Source: Octopus vulgaris
Taxonomy: Eukaryota
NCBI GenBank assembly: GCA_951406725.2
Contig: OX597825.1
Span: forward strand, 64,418,001-64,482,000
Reading direction: 5' to 3'
Length of the DNA stretch: 64,000 nt
Position 1 is the stretch's first letter, and every line of letters begins with the position of its first letter. Shown one piece after another: positions 28,710 to 41,335 of this stretch. The position numbers and the translations under genes were made by a program. The notes beneath the pieces are model-generated. The model worked only from the letters and a program-made list of their open reading frames with translations, was not told where the DNA came from and did not search any database.

Positions 28710-28912
28710 TTTCTACTATAAGCACAGGCCTGAAATTTGGAGGTTGGGATAGAGGATTGCATCGAAACTAGTATACAATGGTACTTATTTTATCGTTCCC
28801 ATAGAATGAATGGTAAAGTCGGTTCGGGTGGAATTTTAACTCAGAACGTAAAGACGGACGAAGGGTCGCTAAATATTTGGCCGGGTGTGCTAACGGTTCG
28901 GCCAGCTCTGGC
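28710..28912 (-). mobile_element. SINE family D, degenerate
   Basis: Reverse complement of the GAGCTGGCCGAACCGTTAGCAC...TTTACGTTCTGAGTT...GACTTT...GATAAAATAAGTACC core. Confidence 0.65.
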
Positions 28913-29559
28913 CGACCAAATCCGTGTTATATCGTGAGATCGTTAGTGACAACAACGCTCAAAATATATAACAGACTGGAATAATAGTGCAATGCGAGCA
29001 GCAACTACAAGAGCACTACAAAATCCACAGATAGATCAAACACATACATATATTCATATATTCATTTATATCTACAGAACGGGCATAAAGCCCGACGTTT
29101 AGAAATATATAGTAATATATAAATATATAAACATCATATAAAAATATATTGTAAGCATAAGATCCACTCGACGTTCCATAAGAAATTTAGAAATTAAAAT
29201 TGAAATAAAAGTTAGTGGTAATAATAACAATCGAATTTAAATATAGTAAAAATAGTAAGTAGTAATTAAAATAAAAGTAAATCGTAATATAACAATTAAA
29301 AGAAAAAATAGCAATTAGTATAAAATACATCAAGGACTTGAACTCGAATATGTGGCTTTTCAGAAGTGCAGAAGTGAATTAGTCCAGTTGGAGTTGTGCG
29401 CATACCATTTACTATAGCTGCTAGATTGAATTATATGCTTATAAAGTAGCATTCAGTATCTATGAGAATTTTTGGGAGTGCATAATGTCTGGTCTTTCGC
29501 ATGTAGCAGGTATGTAATTGTGCATTTGTTTCCGTGTACTATGTGTTGTGTGTAAAAAA

Positions 29560-29641
29560 CATCCTGACGAGGGGAGTGTTAATTTTAAATATATGATATG
29601 TTTCGTATTATTTGGTGCATCTCTGAAACGGCCCGTAGATG
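29560..29641 (+). ncRNA. type I hammerhead ribozyme motif with long stem II
   Basis: CATC-CTGACGA-[GGGGAGTG...TGCATCTCT]-GAAAC-GGCCC-GTA-GATG: perfect 4-bp stem I, canonical core, short stem III, GUA triplet. Followed by a T-rich pLTR-like tail. Confidence 0.7.
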
Positions 29642-30653
29642 AACATTTATGTATTTTTGTAAATTTGTATATTTATCTCCTATGTATTTTTCTCTGGAAT
29701 TTTAATTCGTCTTTTTAATATGTCATTGTATGTTTTATTACCCAAAATTTTTAATTTAACAAATTTACACCAAACTAGCACTATGACCCGGCAACGCTAG
29801 TATTAATATAGATATTTTTTTTGTTATATTTCATAACTTTATATAATACATATATACACGCGCGCACCATATACAAACCTATGTATGTGTGTATGTATGT
29901 ATTTATACACTTATATATACAAGCATCCTCAAAACGCACACTAAATCATGGCGATATCCACGGACACGTGGAAGTAAGATTTTTAAGATTTTAAGTGGGT
30001 AAATATTAGAAACTTTTACAAGCCTTCTTGGTGGTGAAAAATATATTTCCTTTTTAAAATATACAACTAAATATGCTATAAATTTTCATACTCAAAATAT
30101 ATACAGTCGTGATTACTTGCCAGACCTCCGATTTGCTCCAAATAACTTAGACTACATATGCTGTAAAATGTTACAGTCCCAACTGCTTTCATTTAACACC
30201 CAGTAGATATTTAAGTATAATTTGATGAAGTGTGAAGTAAATCACGCTGTCCTCAAAAAGGCCTCATTGAATATTACCCGATGTATAAAGTGTTGTTTAA
30301 TGAGCATGATATGTGTAAATGTACAAATTACTTGCGTAGGACGGTCTGTGTAATTATAAATGTATATATGAATAGGGGTTTAATTGATGGTGTGTTCTTA
30401 GGTATGTTTGTTTAGTAATTACTTGGTTAATTGCATAATTGAAGATAACTCACTCCCTGTCAGTCTCTCTCACACACACAGACGCATACATCCATACATA
30501 CGTTTATGAAGTTATCTGTATATGTGTGTGTGTGTATACACGGACATACATGTATACATATATATATATGTATGTTTGTATATATGTATATTATATATAT
30601 ATAGTTAGATAGTTAGATAGTTAGTTAAACCATTGCACACATTTTATGCACAC

Positions 30654-30696
<43 letters not shown>

Positions 30697-31321
30697 GTAT
30701 ACATGTATGTAGACCTTCATATGAATGTCGCTTTTTTTTCATTGTGGTATTTGATTCCAAGATTTGAGTACATTTGTTTTTCTGACATGCTATGTGGGTC
30801 AAAACTAACTAAGAATTTGCTTATCTCCCTTTTCCACGATGCCGAATGTTAGTTGCATAAATACATATATTGAACTGGAAAGGATTTTTAACAACACATA
30901 TAATAATACAAGACTGCAAATCCCTCATTAATTAATTTTGGACCTCAACACATTTTATCTTTCATTCAACTCTACCTTTTAGACATCAGCAATATTTTTT
31001 TAATGAGTAATCGCAATTGAAAATTTCACCCACATATGCTACAAGTTCTAGGTTTGCACAAAAATGAAAAAGCTTACAGCATATTGCAGACATGTGTAAT
31101 ACACAGATGCTGCAAACCCATCAGTTTGTGTTTCCTGCGATGTGAGTTTGTATCTGAGTCTTGACTTGTGCTGACCTTGATTAATCATTAATTGATTAAT
31201 CTAGGCGAGCTGACTAACTACACTCTCCTGTCTATATTCTTGTACTAATGCTAATTAAACGGGACAGAGGCGATTGAAAACATTATATATATGCTGTATG
31301 TTTAGTGGCTGACACAGATGC

Positions 31322-31660
31322 TTCTATCTATCTATCCGCTCAGTCGAATTCGAATCTCGGTTACTCGATGGATCAATGTTCTCCAGCCAGTTCTATCCTG
31401 GGTCGCTACATTCAGATTGGTTATGGCCATACCCGTGTCATTCTTGATGGTGTCAAGCTAGTGTGTTCTTTGTCGGCCTCTTCTCCTCTTTCTACCAACC
31501 ATTCTGAGCATGATGCCCTTCTCCAGGGATTTTCTCTGCATAATATGACCAAAATATGCCAATCTGTGGTTGGTGATCCTAGCTTCTCGCGACAGTTTCG
31601 GCTTGATCTGGTTAAGAACTTCTCCATTGGTGAGCCTCGCTGTCCATGGAATCCCTAGAC
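31322..31660 (-). mobile_element. RTE/BovB-like LINE 3' remnant
   Basis: EVLNQIKPKLSREARITNHRLAYFGHIMQRKSLEKGIMLRMVGRKRRRGRQRTH*LDTIKNDTG is a typical RTE C-terminus (YFGHI.R...LEK..M.G...G.R.RGR). Ends in a short (GATA)n tail. Confidence 0.85.
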
Positions 31661-31972
31661 GCCTCTACATATCACCTTTTTGTCTGGAGCTCTTTAATAT
31701 ATGTGTTTTGTCCGCCGATTTTGCTGGAATTCCAGTTTTTACAAGGATTTTAAGACTTACAAGCTATACTGGAACTAGCTTGCTTGGCTTTCCAATGCTG
31801 ATGAGCAAGAGGTGGTGCACTGCCGTAGGCAGAGTGCTTGTGGAGGCTTCGTTCATGACTGAGTGTTGAGTGAGTGCCTGGTGAGAATGTGACAGATGAA
31901 CTACTTGCAGAAAGAGGTGGTAAGATTCGTGGTAAATGTGTATTCTTCCATACCACATTTTAAAGAAATATG

Positions 31973-32565
31973 GGATCTTTTCCTTTTGAACGGCAGACAA
32001 TTTCTAGTTAACTAAACACTTTAAAACTTCGTATACTAGTAGCATGTGTCAAAATTAAACATTTTTTTCTCTTGGCTTTCTTGAGAAAATTGTAATTTGT
32101 TTGTTTAACGTAGTTTAATTTTTCGAATTTTAACCAATCCTATGCATCTCTTTTGAGCTAAAATCGTTTGCTGCGTCTAAAACTTAGACAACATCCTGTA
32201 ACTAACCCTAAACCTCCCCCTAACCCTAACCCTAACCCTAATTTTTTTCTTAATTGTTAAATTATTGTTAACAATTAAGAAAAAAAAATTGGGTTTAGGG
32301 TTAGGGGAGGTTTAGGGTTAGTTACAGGATGTTGTCTAAGTTTTAGACGCAGCAAATGATTTTAGTTCAATGGAGTTAATCGATTTGTTAAAATTGCCGA
32401 AATGCTCGGATTTTCAGACGAAATATCTTACAAACCATAAAATTTTCTCAATAAAACCAAGAGAAAATGATGTTTTGTAAACACATTCTACCAGTATACG
32501 AAGTATAAAACTTTTTAGTTACCTAGAAATTATGTTACACACTGCCGTTCAAAAGGAAAAGATCC
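31973..32565. mobile_element. palindromic MITE with 8-bp TSD and internal telomeric repeats (Merlin- or MULE-like)
   Basis: Perfect 24-bp TIR GGATCTTTTCCTTTTGAACGGCAG / CTGCCGTTCAAAAGGAAAAGATCC; TSD GAAATATG (31965-31972, 32566-32573). Long imperfect inverted arms with (CCCTAA)n and (TTAGGG)n. Confidence 0.9.
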
Positions 32566-33417
32566 GAAATATGCATACACGGTCATTTCTATAATGATTT
32601 AGTTTCTTGCATTAACTATGCCATTTCTAGAAACAGACATTCTTTGCAGTTTTGTGCAGTTCTTCACTCTTACGATATATCAAGATTCCCTATTCTTTCT
32701 CTCTTTCAAACGCTTCAACTAATTGAAAATTGTTATGTAAATTTAAGTGAAAATAGAGAATTTGTTTTTCGAATGTAAATAGTTGCAAAAATATAGATAA
32801 CAGAAAATTGTTTGTCAACAATTTTGAGAATTTTTGGACGAGCAATTAATATCAGTTTTATAATCAATTTTTTTTTAAAATAGCTACGAAGTAAAATAAA
32901 AAAATTCATTATATGCCTCGTATTTCAAAATTTCCATATCTACATCTTGGCCGGAAAATTGCTATATTTACGTCAATAAGCACATATTTAAGCCATTTGG
33001 AAACTTTGTAACATTTGTGCATTTTATAATATATAAGTTTCAAGATAAAAATTTACAAGGAGTATTTTCTACATACTCTTTAATATGGCTTATCGCTAAG
33101 GAGCTGAGAATATATCAGAAACGTGTACAGACTTCTCTCCCGAACTAACTTATCAATTAGAGAATGTAGTTTTATAAGAGAGAACGAGTAATATTTCATT
33201 CTTTGCATAAATGCATAATGATACATTGATATAAATTAGACTAGCATCTAACTAATTTTTATCAAAAAGATTTCTATATATACAATTCTATATACACGTT
33301 TAAGCCAAGCAGCTAGTTATGGTCAGGCTCTCTAAACACCTGGTGAACCGAGATTAAATTAAAAATGCATCGTTTTTAAAGTTATGTCTCGGGCATTTGA
33401 TTGGATGGGAAATCGAG

Positions 33418-33588
33418 TGTGGCTGAGTTGTAAGAAGCTTGCTCCACTGTTCAACTCCACTGCACGGCACCTTGGTTAAGTCCCTTCCAATATTGCCTCG
33501 AGCTGACCAAAGCCTTGAAAGTAGACTTGGTTGAAAGAAACTGAAAGAAACTTGTCGTATGTATATGTGCGCATTGTTGTGTGTTTGT

Positions 33589-33630
<42 letters not shown>

Positions 33631-33825
33631 TTGTGTTTGTGTGTGTGTGTGTGTATTTAAAAAAAATACATATGTATATGTATTTGCGATTGTGCTTGTC
33701 TACCATCACAGCTTGAAAATCAGTGTTAGTTTGTTTAGACCATCAGCAAAAAGAGACCTATACATTTATTGAAGGTTTTACCTCAGTATGGACCATGTGC
33801 GAAGATTGAAACAAGGGATAAAAGA
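33418..33825 (+). mobile_element. SINE family A, old degenerate copy
   Basis: GTGGCTGAGTTGTAAGAAGCTTGCT...GCTGACCAAAGCCTTG...GAAACTGAAAGAAACTTGTCGTAT matches family A. Confidence 0.7.
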
Positions 33826-34183
33826 TACATGCACACACTCAGAAGCACAAACATACACACAAAGCGCGTAAACACACAAACACACACACATATTCGTATA
33901 TGTAAATTACTTTCACGCTTATGCTTTTTTTATGTTCTCAATTCAGCTCTCATCCTACATATACTATTAAATACGATTACATAAATTTACGCAGGCATTT
34001 TTCTTTCATTGATTGAACACCTACGTTTTCAGTGTTAGTGTTCACTGTTCTCTCTCACATATAAATTGTTTCCAAACACACCACCCATTTTTTAGTGACT
34101 GATTACAAACTTCAGTGCAAAAAATTGCTTCTTTTTATTGCCTTTCATTGCGTTTTTTAAAATTTCTAACGATTCTCTCAGTG

Positions 34184-34340
<157 letters not shown>

Positions 34341-34949
34341 GTATACTTTGTTTACTTTGTATGCCTCAAAATGAGTTACGCAAAAATATGAAATCAGTTA
34401 ATCTAAAAAGGAAACACACAGAAAAAACGGAACACAATAAAATTAAGTACACGTAAAACAAATTCCAATAATTCAATAAAAATTATTCGCGCATCCAATC
34501 ATATCGTGTAATACCACAATTTCTATTAGATAGTGTTAGCAATAACAGTAGTTAAAAATATATTCAAACACTAGCAAATCATGGAGAGAAAATTTATTTT
34601 ATTTTGGTGTTGTTCCTTAGGTTTTTTTCTACGTTTCTCTTGTGTCAGCAATTTCTACAGATTATGTAATAACGTGTAAATGCAAGGCGCATCAGATGTG
34701 AATCTAATTGTTTTGCATTATAGATGCATTCACCGTTGTTCTTTACTTATATTTCATATAAAACAATTGAATAAAATTCATTCGCTGTATATTTTAATGT
34801 TGTGTAGTTATTATGAAATAAATATTCAGCTAAATATATTTTTTTCGTATTGAATTTAATTATCATTTGCAGGGATATATGTGGCTCATATTCAGTATAT
34901 TAGTACCTGTAGTTTGGTGTACTGAGTTAAATCTTGATTGAGGAATAAC

Positions 34950-35630
34950 TTTTATGGGGCCCCATATTCACACATCGTCATGGACAGGTACCTCTGTAGC
35001 GGGTTCAAAAACGTCAGAACTGGCGATATTAGCAGTGGAGAATTTTAGTCTTCTCTGATGAAAGTCGATATCGAATTTCTGTGGCAGATGGCAGAGTTAG
35101 GGTTTGGAGAAGAAGGGGTGACGTCATGTCGATGGCTGTGTGGTGGAGAGAGTCTAATGGAGAGGACAGAGTATCACGATATGGGACGTGAATTCACTAA
35201 CCAGAAACTTGGACTGGTTATCTTCCAAAACATCGGCCAAGGCCAGAGCGATGGAGTAACCGCTGCTCGCTACATCGACCAATTGTACAATACTTAGCCT
35301 GTCATCGGAATCACGTATTTCAATACGACAACGTCCGTGACCGTACTGCCAGGTTGAGAGCAGCTTTCCTCCAGCAACATAGCATCCAGACACTGCCATG
35401 CCCTTACCCTGAGTCCGGATTTGAACCTTATAGAGCACCTGTTGTACGAAATCCTATGCGGGCTAAATAACATCCGACCGAGGCTGACAACTGCGGCACA
35501 ACTCACTGCAAGTTTAAACTAAGTGTGGGCTGCTATTCCCATGGCTTTCATCAATAGTTTGGTTCATTCAATGTACAGAAGATGCCTGGCGGTAATCAAT
35601 GCTAACGGTTGGCACACGCGATATCCAGGA
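34950..35630 (+). mobile_element. Tc1-like transposase pseudogene
   Basis: QWRILVFSDESR, VTAARYIDQL and SPDLNLIEHL...VWAAIPMAFINSLVHSMYRRCLAVINANGWHTRY, with stops and frameshifts. Confidence 0.9.
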
Positions 35631-35800
35631 TACTCCGACAGCACGTGACACCATGTGTTTCCGGAAATTGACGGTTTATCACTAAGGAAGACTGGCTTCT
35701 TAATTACCACTCTTCAATCAATGCTATGGCAGTCTATTAGTAGTGCAATCTCCATTTAGTATGTGAGCGATGTTTCTTTTGTGGTTGTTTGTGGTTCAAA

Positions 35801-35846
<46 letters not shown>

Positions 35847-35946
35847 GTATATATATGACATTATCGAGTGCCGGTATTTACCGCTGGTCACAATTTGCTT
35901 CCTCGTATAGCTGTACCTTTCAAACGATGCCATTCCGCTGACTAGG

Positions 35947-35977
<31 letters not shown>

Positions 35978-36502
35978 TATACATATCGTCTCTTGACATG
36001 AAATTTGCCAGTGGCGGTCTGTACATCTGATTTCTAGGCTGCGTATTTCGTCCAGTATTCAGTCCAATATCCCAAAAGTTGGTATTAGCACAAGCACTAG
36101 AAAAGCATCGTAATATATGGTCTCACATTCTGAGATATGAGTTTCATATCTTCTGGAATCTACAGAAGTTTTGCTTTGTTATTCTGGTTTTAGTCACAAA
36201 ACCAACATATACAATATGCCCAACGGTTCCGAGATACGTGTAGCTTTAATCATCAGTGATGTGGAAGATAGACAAGCTGTCGATCTACATGTTCTCTGTC
36301 TTTCCCAAAATCCATTCCTATATCGCGTGAGAATGTTGTGACTAGTTATAATTGACTCTTGATGTTGGTCATATTACCAGAATATAATTTTACATCATCA
36401 AGAAAATATGTGTGGTTGACATTAATCTTATTCTTTCCGCATATTCCAGCATGTAGTCATGACATTTTGTTAACTGATCTGACGAGGTGTTCACTGTTAT
36501 TC

Positions 36503-36647
36503 GTATGTATGTATGTATGTATGTATGTATGTATGTATGTATGTATGTATGTATGTATGTATGTATGTATGCATGCATGTATGCATGTATGTATGTATGT
36601 ATGTATGTATGCATGTATGTATGTATGCATGTATGTATGTATGTATG
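36503..36647. repeat. (TATG)n microsatellite
   Basis: Direct reading. Confidence 0.95.
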
Positions 36648-37820
36648 CACTGACACACCATCAGCGATATCCTAAAATTGGTGTATTACTTTAAATCTAC
36701 TTTTGATTTGGAAAATCTTGGTGTGGCTCTGTGGATAGACTTCTGAAGGATTTTTGAATTCCGAAAATAATTATACCCTGAAATTGTTACCTGTACTACA
36801 GATCATCCCTTCTATGGAAATGTGGTACTTCTTGACTCCACCAATTTTTCACCACACATTTCGGGCGTTAGCATAAATATAGCACGAATTTTATAGCCCT
36901 TGTTTCAAGATGTAACATAACGAAACACTTTAAACAGGTTTGTATATACTCAAAAATATTAGTGAATGCATCTATCCACAATGCAACATCTCCCACAGCA
37001 TTAATCAACTTAATCATTAACTTAGCTGTTAACGTTACTTCTTTAAATGTTCCTTTTGACACACGCAGTCCGCAAATTTCATCTTTAAGACATTTCTACA
37101 TAAAACTTCAGCTTTTTGACTATGATTATAATGATATATCGATGGTTGCAGTTAAATTGACTATGCAATTCACGAAATATTATGATTTAGAATTTAAAGT
37201 AAAATATGAAATCTGCCCTTAAAACAAAATATGGCTCCTCTTATATGATATTAACGGCTTCCAATAAATTGACTGCTCCTCCAGTCTAAAAGGATTTTGA
37301 ACAGTAATTAAAATTTAAATATTAAGCTGCCCTGTTAAGTAGATATTTACTGTGGTATTCTTTTTCTAATCAAGCAATGGTGCATTTATCTCTTAAGGAA
37401 CTATTGGGTAACCTCTTTGTAAGATTCGAATCTAGCTTTCCTGGTATCAGTAAAGATCTGTTTCTATAGAGGCTGCATCATCGTGTCACTAAATATTACA
37501 CCTTCAATAATGTCATGTTAACTTAGAATAATTGATATCGGGTATATTTCATTGAAAATAAATATGATGCTTATTGCAATAACTGTCGCCCACGGGCATA
37601 TAACGAAGGCATTACGTGGTTAATTGTTAAACTAACAGTGAGAATTGTTAACAGAACCTAGCCACTCGACTCTTTGATAACCAAATGGGAAGAGGCATCA
37701 TCTCACAAACTCTGGTATTATCTCTAGAATCTAGAATTCTACCTACCAAATATGTGCGCCTTCTATTACTGAAATTTTAGATTCCATGCAATTCTCTATG
37801 AGTACATCGATAAACACAAT

Positions 37821-38202
37821 GGAAGCACTCCGTCGGTTACGACGACGGGGGTTCCGGTTGATCCGAATCAACGGAACAGCCTGCTCGTGAAATTAACGTG
37901 TAAGTGGCTGAGCACCCCACAGACACGTGTACCCTTAACGTAGTTCTCGGGGATATTCAGCGTGACACAGAGAGTGACAAGGCCGGCCCTTTGAAATACA
38001 GGTACAACAGAAACAGGAAGTAAGAGTGAGAGAAAGTTGTGGTGAAAGAGTACAGCATGGATCCCCACCATCCCCTACCGGAGCCTCGTGGAGCTTTAGG
38101 TGTTTTCGCTCAATAAACACTCACAACGCCCGGTCTGGGAATCGAAACCGCGATCCTCCGACCGCGAGTCCGCTGCCCTAACAACTGGGCCATTGCGCCT
38201 CC
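37821..38202 (-). mobile_element. tRNA(Arg)-like SINE family B, full length, tail type X
   Basis: Head GGCGCAATGGCCCAGTTGTTAGGGCAGCGGACTCGCGG...TTCGATTCCC; 13-bp TSD CGATAAACACAAT (37808-37820, 38203-38215). Confidence 0.92.
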
Positions 38203-41074
38203 CGATAAACACAATACCTTATAATTGTCACTTCACTCATCATTGCCTAACAAAATAAGCAAACGAAATAAACAAATTAACCTGGATATTCTCACCGGGA
38301 AAGGTCAATAATAATAAACTTTTAGTCCTCTTTTTAAGTGTTCAAAACACCTCTATTCCCATACCTTTTATTTTTTTGTCCTGCTAGAAACGTTACTGTC
38401 ATATTAAAGACATCATCTATTTTAAGGGTTACTCTACATCAAAACACCAATGTAAGTATTAGCGTTCCTAAAATTTGTTTTGATTTCGTTTAACTTCATT
38501 GTTGCGACGCACCTCCATGTAGTTCTATGAACTTTGAACTTCATCTCCCTACTCTCCTAAATGAGCAACTTGAAAGATGCAGGTACATGAAACACAAGTA
38601 AAATTAATTTTATCTGAAGTCATTTTATGTCGGCTAGGGCACACTTCGGTGAGGGAAGGAGGATTTAGCAGCAGACACACTGATATTCCTATCTCAGTAG
38701 AGTCTTCCGGCGCAATAAACTAGTGATATGTGTAAATATTAGTGAATGATTTAAGTGGAACTTGTTCATACTAGATACGATTAAAGAATTGCTGATCCCA
38801 AACTTACCTCTGTCACTCCGAAAATACTTAATGATGAAGTTACAAAAGTGAGTGTAATAACTGCACTACATCTAGATACACGGAACACATGCTGATGGAT
38901 ATTAAGAAAGAGATAATCTCAAGATTATGAAAGTTAAATGAATACATACACGATTCGTGTTTCTTTAATGAGAGATTTGTTCTTTTGGCGGACATATAGG
39001 GGAAAAGCCGAAATAAACAAGCTAGAACTGAAAGGAATATAAATAAAGCGAGTAATTAAACAAATCGCAATTAAGGACGCCTAAGAACCTGATTAATTGC
39101 GTCAATTATCATAAAATTAAATGTCCGAGGAAGCTGTGAATTATTCTGGTATACATCGATGACAATTAGTCGCTAGGAACATTCGATACATTTAATTTCC
39201 GGGAGGAAATATAGATTCTATGGGTTCCGATACTTACCTTGTCTGAAAGTGAGAAGAGATCGTAGCAGCGTGACTTGGGGCTAGGCTTGTAAATTTACTT
39301 ATTTACTGATTCTCAGACATAGAGGAAAGCTAAAGACTAGATTCTATGCATTTTGCTCATCAATTAAACTTATTTCCTTCTCATGTAATATCTATTGCGT
39401 ATAGAAATGGCTGCCATTTCTGAATATATACCAGAAAACTAGGTATATTTGTTCCTTTGTAATGCAAGACATGTTATTGATGTGTTATCAAGTTTCAGAT
39501 GTATTTGCCGTATGACTTTTTGCTTTTGTGTTTCCATAATTTATGCGACTTGACAAGACATTTTTTAAATTCAAAACGTCCGGACAAGTTCTTCTTCATT
39601 TCTAAAAGCGACAGTAAAATGGCAACATCTCAGACATAGTCACTGTTCTGTTTTAAACGAACGTTACTGATTCTCTAGCAATGATGTCATTTATCTTGAA
39701 AAATTTTGGTGGTTCCTGTAAGTGGTATTTGAAATTTCTGGGTAGCGTTGTTATAACAACTGCCAAACATGATCCGTGTATACATTTCCTGCTGTGGCGA
39801 CCGCATTTTTTTATAACCCCTCATGTATTTCTCTAATTCCTCACGTTCCTTAATAATTACGCAGTATTTATTCCTTTAATTCCTGTCTGATACTCAAATT
39901 TCAAATTAATCCTCAATAGAACCTGAATAGCATTTATATACGATCATTTCAGTTAACACGATGTCAAATAGGGTAACAGCAATACTTATTCCGCCATCAC
40001 CATATTTTGCACACTGACCTCGCTACAAATTCTCCTTAGGTCAAAAGCAACAATTTGTAGTAAAAGAATTGACTCTATTCTTGCTGTTCTATTCTCTAAT
40101 GTCTCCTTTTCTAGACTAATGGCATCATACGAAGAGAATTTCCATATTTCTAATGTTACTGAAATCAATAGTTTTCTATTAACAATCATGCTGTACAAAC
40201 AACCGATAATGGACCGTAAGCCTTGCATGTTTTCGTGCAGCAACTGTGGAGGTAATTAAAAAGGCATTTCTGACTGACATTGGGTACATTCCATTCAGAT
40301 ATCTTATTGCACGTGTAACAAGAGTTACTTTGTTTTGTGGTGTGAAACTATTTGTTCCCAGGGAAAATCATTAAATCTAAATTTGCCATTTAGCTACTCT
40401 AATGTTGCGGTATGTTTTGTACGGCCTTCCTGCGGTTTGTCCAATTGGCGCCACCCATCACACTTGAGGCCGACTAATCCAGATTTATATTCACTGCCCA
40501 CAGTAACAATGCGAATCATGAAATTGGTATTACCAAATAACGTCATACGATCTCAACTGAGGGCGTTTGAGTATTGTTACATGTATATGGATTATGTATA
40601 TGTATATGCGTTATGTGTGAGTATTTGCAAGCATGTCACTTAACTCATTTAGCAATTATAGGTAACAAAATGTTTAAACATAAAACTAATCAAGAGTATA
40701 TTTCATCAGCTACATCTTTAACATTCCTTCGCATGTATGATAATTATCTCTCACAGCATTTGGATTTGGTATTGCACTTGTTTTTTTATTGCTTAATTCC
40801 AGGTCAGCCTTATTGTGTTAACCTGATCAAATATTATATTAATGCTTCGTGTTTCTCTTCTTTCTCAAAATCAATGTAAATAGCATTGTATTAATAAATT
40901 CACAAAAAGTTTTTGTCCTTATTTTCGGCTGTCGAGGAGTAAAATATACTGACCTTTGGGGCTATACGTCTTCGATGTTCTGTATTCATTAGTCTGGCAT
41001 ACTCCGTCAACTGTTTCCATTCGTTACGTTACCCCAATTTCCTATCATTTATCAAATCCGAAGCATATGTTTAT

Positions 41075-41335
41075 TAGCCACACCAGGGCTGGACACAGAC
41101 AGGACAAATTACAAAGTAGAGCTTTTCTTTTGGGGGAGAAAATAAAAGTGTGGTAAGTTTTCGATAAAAAGGGATCGTAGAAAGGAAAAAAAGCAAAGAA
41201 AAAGCGATCAATAGAGATCGTGTATCACAGAAGTGTCATGATGTAAAGTGTAAAGGGGGAAACAGATAAGGTTTATCCGTGGAAAGAAAAGCCTACGGAA
41301 AAGACCACAGTAAACTCGGTCATTAATATCACATG
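41075..41335 (-). mobile_element. probable LINE 3' UTR fragment
   Basis: Minus-strand end TTTGTCCTGTCTGTGTCCAGCCCTGGTGTGGCTAATAAA resembles the tail of the family D SINE at 54595-54637. No tRNA head is present. Confidence 0.4.

Noticed and set aside
32197-32325. Telomere fusion site or chromosome end
   Set aside because: The repeats are short, in CCCTAA-then-TTAGGG order, and lie inside a TIR/TSD-bounded MITE.
38130-38200. Functional tRNA-Arg gene (and other tRNA-like heads, e.g. 49950-50016)
   Set aside because: They continue into SINE bodies with TSDs or repeat modules and lack a proper acceptor stem and terminator.
39690-39815. CGRHSRKCIHGSCL resembling an ADAM cysteine-rich motif on the minus strand
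   Set aside because: Short frame bounded by stops, with no convincing splice sites or neighbouring ADAM exons.
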